Assembly: GCA_013359225.1 (NCBI GenBank)
Contig: JABWCG010000002.1
Span: 113,470 to 177,469, forward strand
DNA from: Candidatus Buchananbacteria bacterium
Lineage (GTDB): Bacteria > Patescibacteriota > Patescibacteriia > Buchananbacterales > UBA6539
Length of the DNA: 64,000 nt
Direction of reading: 5' to 3'
Shown here: positions 36,901-45,900 of the stretch, piece by piece
How positions within the stretch are numbered: position 1 is the first letter of the stretch
Layout of the letters: each line of letters starts with the position of its first letter
Notes under the pieces: generated by a model
The model's database searches: none
The model's input: the letters and a program-made list of their open reading frames with translations, nothing else
Told to the model about the DNA's origin: nothing
Program-made: the position numbers and the translations under genes

Positions 36901-39900
36901 CCGACACCGCCACCGACCTTCTTGAACTCGGCTGAGTTTGCGTTGCCATTACGCGACGGTTGCGGCAATGCGTTGCTGCAATTTGGCGAGGATTGTGATG
37001 ATGGTAATTTAGATAATGGCGACGGTTGCTCGAGCGTTTGTCTGAACGAAGGAACGACCGCGCCGACTTGTGGTAATAACAAAATTGATCGGGGAGAAGA
37101 GTGTGAGCCGCCAAGTACCGGATATTGTGGTGCCAACTGTTTGCTGATTGGTAATGATAATTATACGCCGATTGCTTTGGGCGGTTATCGACTTGATGAT
37201 GTATGTGGTAATGGCGTGGTTGAGCCAGGTGAGGAGTGTGACGAGGGAACAGAGCCAAACGGCAATGAGGCAGACGGTTGTACGGATTACTGCCGGTATA
37301 CCGGTTCAGTGCCGGCAGCGCTGTCGATTTGTGGCGACGGCCAGATTGGCCTTGGCGAAGAATGTGATGACGCCGATTTTTCAAACGGTTCTCCGGTTGC
37401 TTCCGGCGATGGTTGTAGTGGCACTGATCCAATCGCTGCTTGTACTGGACTGGATCGAACAGCTTGTACGGCATTTCCGGCAGCTAACACCTGTTATTGG
37501 ACTGGTAGTACCTGTAAAACCAGGCCGTGTTTAGTGGAAAATAGAAACGTTGCGATTTGCCGTTCTGACCGTGCGGGCGAGTTTGATTTTAATCAGAGTC
37601 CGGCCGCATGTGAAGATGGTTATGATCCGTATAACCTAACTTCGGTGAGTGGTAATAATAATTTTGAAACTCCAATTTGTGGTAACCGGGTGATTGAAGA
37701 AGGTGAAGAGTGTGATTTGGGTGGCCGGTGTAGCGATAATGGTCGCCGCTGTATTCCAACCGATCTTTCTAATTGTGCAAATCCTAAAACAGCCGTCTGT
37801 GAATTGGCGCTTGGGATTTGTACTTCAGACGGTACAACCTGTACAGTCATTGGCTCAGCTTGCGGTAGTGGCGGAACCTGTTTTTCTACCGGGTGTAGCG
37901 CGGAGTGTTTAAATGCCGGTGCGATTGAAGATTCCTTATTACAAGACACTTTGATTGACCCGTACCAGGTGGTTAACACCCTTTCCGTGCCGACTGTTTT
38001 GGCTGAGGTAAATGAAGAAATTAAAGCGTTTGCGACGATTCAGCCAAATGCCGTTGGCGTTGGGTTGCTGCATGTGGTACCCGGTTCACAGGTTGATTTT
38101 GCGGTTATTGGTCATCAGCCGGCAATTGGTGCCACTAACCAATGTTTGAACGTTGGTATTTGGGCCTTGTTCTCACGGCCATTGAATACGGAAACGCTTA
38201 GCGCCGACAGCATCAGATTGTGTCAGGGAGGCGATTGTAGCTTGGTGAAAAATTATTCATACCGCATTGTTCAGGGTGAATGTGGCGATGACAGTTTCTG
38301 TCATTTCCCAGAACACCTGTCAGATGTTGATAGCTTTGGCGTTTGTCATAACGATTTTGATTGTGTTGGCGGCCAGCTGATCGTTCGAAGCCTTAATACT
38401 GACACGGGCTTTCTTGACCCAAACCAGGATTACGAAGTAAGAGTTGATCAAAACAATTTGCAAGATATTAACGGCATGACGCTAGCCGAAGCAAATACCT
38501 GTAACGGCCAGACTTCGTGTGAGTGGGGCTTTAGTTCCGGCACTGATTTTTGTGAATGTGAATATGTCAGCGTTTCCATCAACCCGACAACTGGTGGCTC
38601 GGAAACCGTTAAAGATTTGTTTACTTGTGCCGGTGATGACTGCGGTTCTGGGACCGTCTCGCCGTTTGACGACGACGCCGCAAACGGCAATCCGGCTACT
38701 GAGCAAAATTTGGCCGGTAACCAGCATTTATATGATACCGTCTGTTATGACATTCATAATAACGAGGGTGGCCGAATTCCGCTTTTGCCGACTGGGTTAC
38801 GGTTTGAGTGGGCGGTATTCCCGAATGACGATTTAATTTATCTCACCGATTCAGACGCAACGGACTTTATTAACGATGCTTCGTTTGTCACGCCGAACAA
38901 TAAGAATGGTGATTCTGATGTCTTTATTACCGCTTATGAATACCATTGCGGTGACGGGCCAAATTTCTGTGATCCACAAAGCGCCGGCGCTTGTGGCGAC
39001 TGTGGCGGCGATAAGGCAGTTAACCAGACGGTCCGGGTTACCAACTTCATGTGTAATAACCCTTGGCCCGGTGTAGAAGTGTTTGAAGATTCTGATACTA
39101 ATTGTGATGACGCTAATAATTGTTATGACACTAATTTCACCATGCTGTATTGTCGTGACCAGGGGCAAGAGGGAGTCCATGACGATTTGCCGCCCCTGTA
39201 TGAAGATCCGTTGGTATTGGGAAATAATCCGGCGTCGCCCGCGATTAAAGATTTTATTTTCACCTTTGCTTCAACCGGTGTTAACCGAACTGTTAATGAC
39301 CGGACGCCAAGCAATAAAACCTGGACCGGCGGGGTGGGCAGTAATTATCAGTTTACCGTTGCTCAAACCGGGAATTACGCCGTAAAAATTGACGGCTACA
39401 ACTATCCGACCCCGGGCTGGGGAAACAGTGCCGACTTGTCGAGTCGCGTTCAGCCAAATCCGGCATTGTTTGATTCAAATGTAAATTATAATGGTTTTAA
39501 TATTGATGTGTATTTGCGGACCGGCACCTGTTCGGCGTCGCCGGCTCAAAAATCCGGTACTGCTGTGTTACTGCCGTATGATGAAACTAACCCCCAAACC
39601 GGTTCGGTGTCGCTAGGCCAGTTAACGGCGGGTGAAACCTACTGCATGGAATTTCGCTGGACTAATGATTGGTGTAAATGTAATCCAGAGTGTCTGGCCT
39701 CTGGCGGTACGCTTGATGATCAGTGTGACGCCAATTTCCATTTCTTGGGTTGGCAGGTTATTTCGGAGAACACTTCCAACGATGCAATTGGTATTCGAGT
39801 TTTGGAAAATCCGCTCCACTTGTCGCCAACAACGTGGTACAGTTCCGGTTTGTGCGGCGGGGTGGCCGAATTTGACAGCCTGTGTTTCAGCGATGCTGAT

Positions 39901-42900
39901 TGTTTGGTGCCAAATGACAACGGGTTGATTGCGTATTATCCGCTTGATGGGGTGGAGGCTGATTACTCCGGAAATGAGTTGGATGGTTTGAAAAACACAA
40001 ACGCTCCGTACCTGCCAGGCAAGTTTGGTCAGGCGGCGAATTTCTCAAGTGCTGATGAGTGGATTGAGGTTGCCAGTAACAGCAAGTTGCAGGTCTCTGG
40101 AGAGTTAACGGTAAGCGCCTGGGTTAATCTTAATGAAGGACTAAGCGGCGCCAACCCTGATGAACGAGGTCTTGGCATTATTGCTTCCGAATATGATTGG
40201 AATAGCGGCGGTGGCACTGAAACCGGCTGGACTTTAGGAGATGACTGGGGATGCAGCAATGCCGCCGGCAGTCCTTGTCCACCCGCCGATCAAATTTACT
40301 TTTCGGTTTTTGGTTCGGGCGGCTCGGTAGTTCGTGCCTATGCTAATAATTTTGCTCAAAACTATCTAGACCAGTGGGTATTAGTAACTGGTGTGTTTAA
40401 GCCTGGGCAGTATGTAAAACTCTATATTAATGGTGAAGAAAAATCGAGTACGGCGACAAATATTTCGTCTATTGTTTATAGCGCTGATACACCGCTACGA
40501 ATTGGTCACCGAGCTGATAATGATTATCAGGGTAACTGGATTGGCCGAATTGATGATGTCAAAATTTACAATCGGGCGCTAAGCGCTTCGGAAATTGCCG
40601 GACTGATGAAGCCAAATGTTTTGGAGTGCGTTTTCAATGTGCCGGCCAGAGGTAACCCGCAGCAAACTATTACTGATAATTATCAGTCGGTCGCTGAAGG
40701 CCGTAGCGTGTATGTTGGTGCCACTAATCGTCGGGCCAATGCGTTATGGTCGGATATTTACTTGATGTCCTATAGCCAGGGTGCGTCAAATAATACCATT
40801 GAAATTTTCAATCGGTTGCTTGATCCGGAACAGCTGACTGGCCGTTGGAGCTTTAATGCAAACGTTTCAAACCATCGGGTTTGTGATATTTATGGCTACT
40901 TTGAAGACACGACTAACATCTGTAGTGGTATTGGCACGTCCAATTTTGATTATTGTTCAACACTAGGAACCCCCGCCGCCTGTAATAATGACGCCGTTAC
41001 GTATGGCTGTTATTGGGATAGCCAGTTTGAAGTTTGTCTGGGTAAGATGTGTGAAGCAATTTATTGTGAAAATGATTTTGAATGTCCGAACTTAAGTTGT
41101 AATGCCAATAAGGAAAAAATTGTTCGCGATGCCGAGCGGTATGGTGACTTGCGTGATTTGCAGCTGGCCTTAAATCGATACGGCCAGACTAAGGGTGGTT
41201 ATCCGACCCTGGGCGGCGGTACCTACGTTCCAAACACGACGTTCTCGCAATGGCCAAGCTGGCAGCAGACGCTTGGAGCGGACTTGGGCGGGCGGCTATA
41301 TGTTGATCCGATTAATCGTTTTGTCGGTTGTTCAGATCATTATTGCGATGATAATGAAAGCGGTACTATTGACTCGGGTGAACGAACATTCTGTTTGGTT
41401 GGTGATGTTGATGCTTGCAGCAGCCGGCCGTACCTTTGTCTGGCGATTGATCCAGATCAGGAAGTAACTTGCTGGGATGAAATTACCAAGCAGTTCAGCT
41501 GCCCGGCTCAAATGTTCTCGTATGCCTATAACGCCATTAACGGCGGTGGTGACTACGCGCTTTATACTTCTTTTGAATATGATCAAATTGGCAGCTGGCG
41601 CAGTTTGCCGGGGTATTTCTGTGATACCAATAATAACGGTTCAATTCAAATCGATCAGGAAACAATCCGCTGTACGGTGAATGCCGACTGTACCAGCGGT
41701 GCCTGTTTGGCTTCAGCGGAAGCGGATTTATATGAATTGCCATTAACATCAACTGATGTTGAGTGTCGTGAATTAAACTTTACTTTGGATGCGGCAACAA
41801 TTAGCGGGGGAGTGAGTCCGGCTGAGTGCGCTGCCCGACGCTGTTATGGCGGTACTAATGATCCGGAAAACGATGAGTGTAATAGCGGAGAGGTAACTGA
41901 ATGTCCGGATTCCGGTCCTGGTACGTATTGTACGGGCGACGCTGATTATGATGGCATTTGTGATGTGGATGTCGGAACCGATAACTGTAATCCGTTCCTG
42001 GATTGTAAAGCTAACCCTCGTGATTGTTATAATCCTGATCAGCGCGATAGCGGAGGTATCCCCGGAAAAGGAGACGTTTGCGACGCGACGTGCGGTGCCG
42101 ACACCGACTCTGATGGTGTTTGCGACAGTTCGGATACTTGCCGCAACGTGTATAATCCGGCCAATGCCAGCTGTCTGGATGGCCATAGCAATCGAACCAA
42201 TGGTCAGTGTGATTATGACCTGGACAACATCGGCGACGCGTGTGACCCGTGTACTGATTTAGACCGTGATGGTTTTTGGGACAAAAATACTCCCGCCAAC
42301 ACCTGTTTGGCCGACAACTGTGCGGTAGGTCTGACCGTTTCAAATGATCGTTTTGGTTATTGCAGTGGTGATTTATCTATTCAGTGTAGTCCGGGCGCGG
42401 CCGGCAATACCATTTGTGCGGGCGCTGGAGCCGGTAGTTGTGTCCAACAGACTGGTAGTCTGGCTACTTATAATCCGTACCAGGAAGATTATGACGGAGA
42501 CGGCGTGGGATATATTTGTGATTTTTGTATTGATTTTGACGGCGATAGTCATGGTGATTATCCGTTTTATACCAGTTCAATGTTCGTGACAACCTTAACT
42601 CCTAACCAGCAGCAACATTTTAGTAGTTGTACTTCCGGCACGGCTTGGCCGGGCAACCCGGGAAATATTAATGACATTGACAACTGTCCGGGCGGACCGT
42701 TTGGTGCTGAATGTACAGATGAGTTCGGCATTGAAGTTTCTTGTTATAACCCCAGCGGCACGGCTTGGGAAGACCTGAATGGCACAAGCCACACCGGACA
42801 AAAAGATTTTAACCTAGATGGTATTGGTGACATTTGTGATGAATTTCGTGTTGGACTGGTTAATTGTGGCGACGGTATTACCGACCCGGGAGGCGGGGAA

Positions 42901-45900
42901 GCGTGTGACTGTGGTAAGTATGCCCTAACTTCCGATCCCTCAAGCCCGATTGTCTGCAGTACGATTAACGACCAACCCTGCAATCCCGGATATGATTCCA
43001 ATGTTGGCAATGGTTTGAATAATTGTAATTGGTGTTACCGCTGTCAGGAAGTAAAGAATGAAGAGGCGGGATATTGTGGTGATGATATCGTTCAGGCGCC
43101 TCAGGAAAACTGTGAACGTGGCAACGCTGGTTGTGATAATTCCTGCCAAAATTTTGAGCCGGCGGAATATTGTGACGCCAATGGGTATGATTCGGAAGTT
43201 ATTCATTTTAATTCGCCCACCGGCCAAACTTCTCATAATTTCTTAAATACCACTCCGGTTTACTTTTATATTCCGGAATGTAGTATCACTAACAGCACAG
43301 AGGTTAGTTTTGATATTGATATTACCGGCTCATTGCCGGATACGGGTATTGTTTTTGTAACAGATGTTTCCGGCAGTATGGCCGGCACCCGAATTACTGA
43401 CGCCAAGGCAGCAATAATTAATACTATTAATGATTTTGCTGCTACCGCCTTTGCCGGTAAAATTCATATTGGTTTGGTGAGCTATTCCACTGATAAAAGC
43501 CTTGATTCACCATTGGTGAAGGTTGATAACCCCACTAATGTCCAAAACTTGATCGCTAAAGTCAACGCATATGATGCCGTTGGCGGTACTGAACCGGATA
43601 AAGCAGTTCAGGAAGCAACTACAATGTTAGGCAGTTTTACCGGTAATCGTATTATGATTTTTATGACGGACGGTGATTCTCATTATACTTATGGTAATTA
43701 TGGTCCAGGTGAACCAGTCTGTTATGGCAGCCTTGATCACGGTAGTAACTGTCACGTAGTGCCAGTCTGTGAACATACGTGTGCGTATACTTGTAATGGC
43801 TCTGCTTGCCAGGAGTGCACAGCGACAAATATTTGGGGAGCCTGTACTACTTGGACAAATCGTTCGGGAACCTGCTGTCCTGATTGTCCCGGTAGTGTAG
43901 CGTATGAATTTACCTGTTCAGCCGCAAGTGTTTGTACTGGCTGTATTGCGAGCTCATCTAGTTTTACAAATGATTCTGATATTGCCAAGGGCGCACCTTA
44001 TAATATTGTTATTTATGGCGCGGCTTTTACGGGAGGCACTCAGACCGCTAACCCCACAGAAGTGAATTTAACTTCTTCTAACTGTCTTGGTGGTTCATGC
44101 AGTTCGAATTTCTGTAATAGTGGGTATTGTTTTGGTGAAGGTGGTTTAACTTTTGAAGATATTTATGGTGCAATTTATGATCAGATTGTTGAGGAGTTGG
44201 GGTATAGTTTTTCCGTTCTGGTTGATGGTGTTATGACAACTCCGATTGATTTGCCATATCAATCGCCCACGGGCGGTAGCTATCCGAATCAAACTATTGA
44301 TTTACCAAGTAACATTTGTACCAGCGGCACGGTTAATCCGTCTTATCCTGATTTTGGCCAACACACCTTGCAATTGGTTGGGCTGCCAAGCGGCATTCAA
44401 GCCAGTTTTAGCGGCGCGGCGGTGAATTATTGTACGACGTGTGATGAAGATAATGACGGCGTGATGGACGCGTCTTGCGGCGGCGCTGACTGTAATCCGG
44501 CGAACGCTAATATTCCGGTTGCGGAGTTAATTGCCGCCGGTAACTGTACTGACAATATTGATAATGACTGTGATGGCACTAAAGACGGAGCGGATATCGG
44601 GTGTGTTGATCCCGGAGGTGGGGGAACAATCCAAGAAGGAATTGGCAACTGTGCTGACGGCATTGATAATGATGTTGATTCCCGAACTGACTGCGCTGAT
44701 CCTGAATGTGTCGGAAAGCCCGGCCCTAACGGTGTGACTTGTTGCCAGGTGGGAACTGATTGTTCAACTTACGGCACGGGGCAATGTAACGCCTGTTCTA
44801 ACAATGTTTGTGTTGCGGTAACGGCCATTAATGGCAGTAATTGCGAAGGTACTTGCAGTTTTTGTAGCAATGGTACTTGTGTTAATCGCGAAACAGGTGA
44901 CGGTCGCGAATGTCCGGCCGGTTGGGCCTGTACTGGTCCGGCGGCAACAGCATACTGCTCGCCAAATGTTTCAGCTGAAAATTGCAGCCAAGCCGGCGAT
45001 GAAGACGGTGATGGTTTGGCCGATTGTGCGGACGTTGACGATTGTGACGGCCATACTGCGCCGGATGGCGGCATTTGTTGTACTGATAGTTTTGACTGTG
45101 GTGGTACGTGTCAGACTTGTTCGCCCACTGCTAAGCGGTGTGTACCTTATACCGGATTAAACGGTGGTCTGTGTTCTGGCGCCTGTACATATTGTAGTAA
45201 CGGCAGCTGCGTTGCCCGAACTAATGGCGACGGGCTTGAATGTCCGGTTGGTACTGTTTGTTCTGGTATGAGTTGTGTTGATCCGGGCGCTTCCAATGAT
45301 TGTACGGTGCCATCCTCAAAAGTTTGCCCATTCCAGCAGGGTGTTTGTAGTGGTTCGCGGGAAAATTGTGTGGCGCCGGGTGTCTGGCCGGGCTGTGATT
45401 ATCAAACATATGTAAACCATGCCGCCTCAACCGGCAAAACATATGAGGCTGGATTTGAATCACTTTGTACGGACGGTCAGGATAATGATTGTGACGGGCA
45501 GACTGACAGTGCCGATTCTGATTGTGGCGCGGTTTGTAACGATAATGGCACTTGCGACGGAGCGGAGAACTGTTCTAACTGTCCGGATGAATGTGCTTGT
45601 CTGCCGGGACAGTTGTGCTGTGGCGCGGCGACGTATAGCTGCGAAGTTCCGGATTGTAATGCTAATATTGATTGTAACGACAGCAACGCATCAACAATTG
45701 ATGTCTGCCAGGGTGCGGCGACTTGTAATGCAACTTGTATTCATACGCCGATTACGGCTTGTAGTAATGGGGACGGGTACTGTCCGGCCGGTTGTACGGC
45801 GTCTAATGATACTGACTGTGCTCCGGTCGCCGCATGTCAGGATACGGATGGCGGCAGCACGGTGTATACCACCCAGGGAACGGTTAGTGACGGCGTTGGC

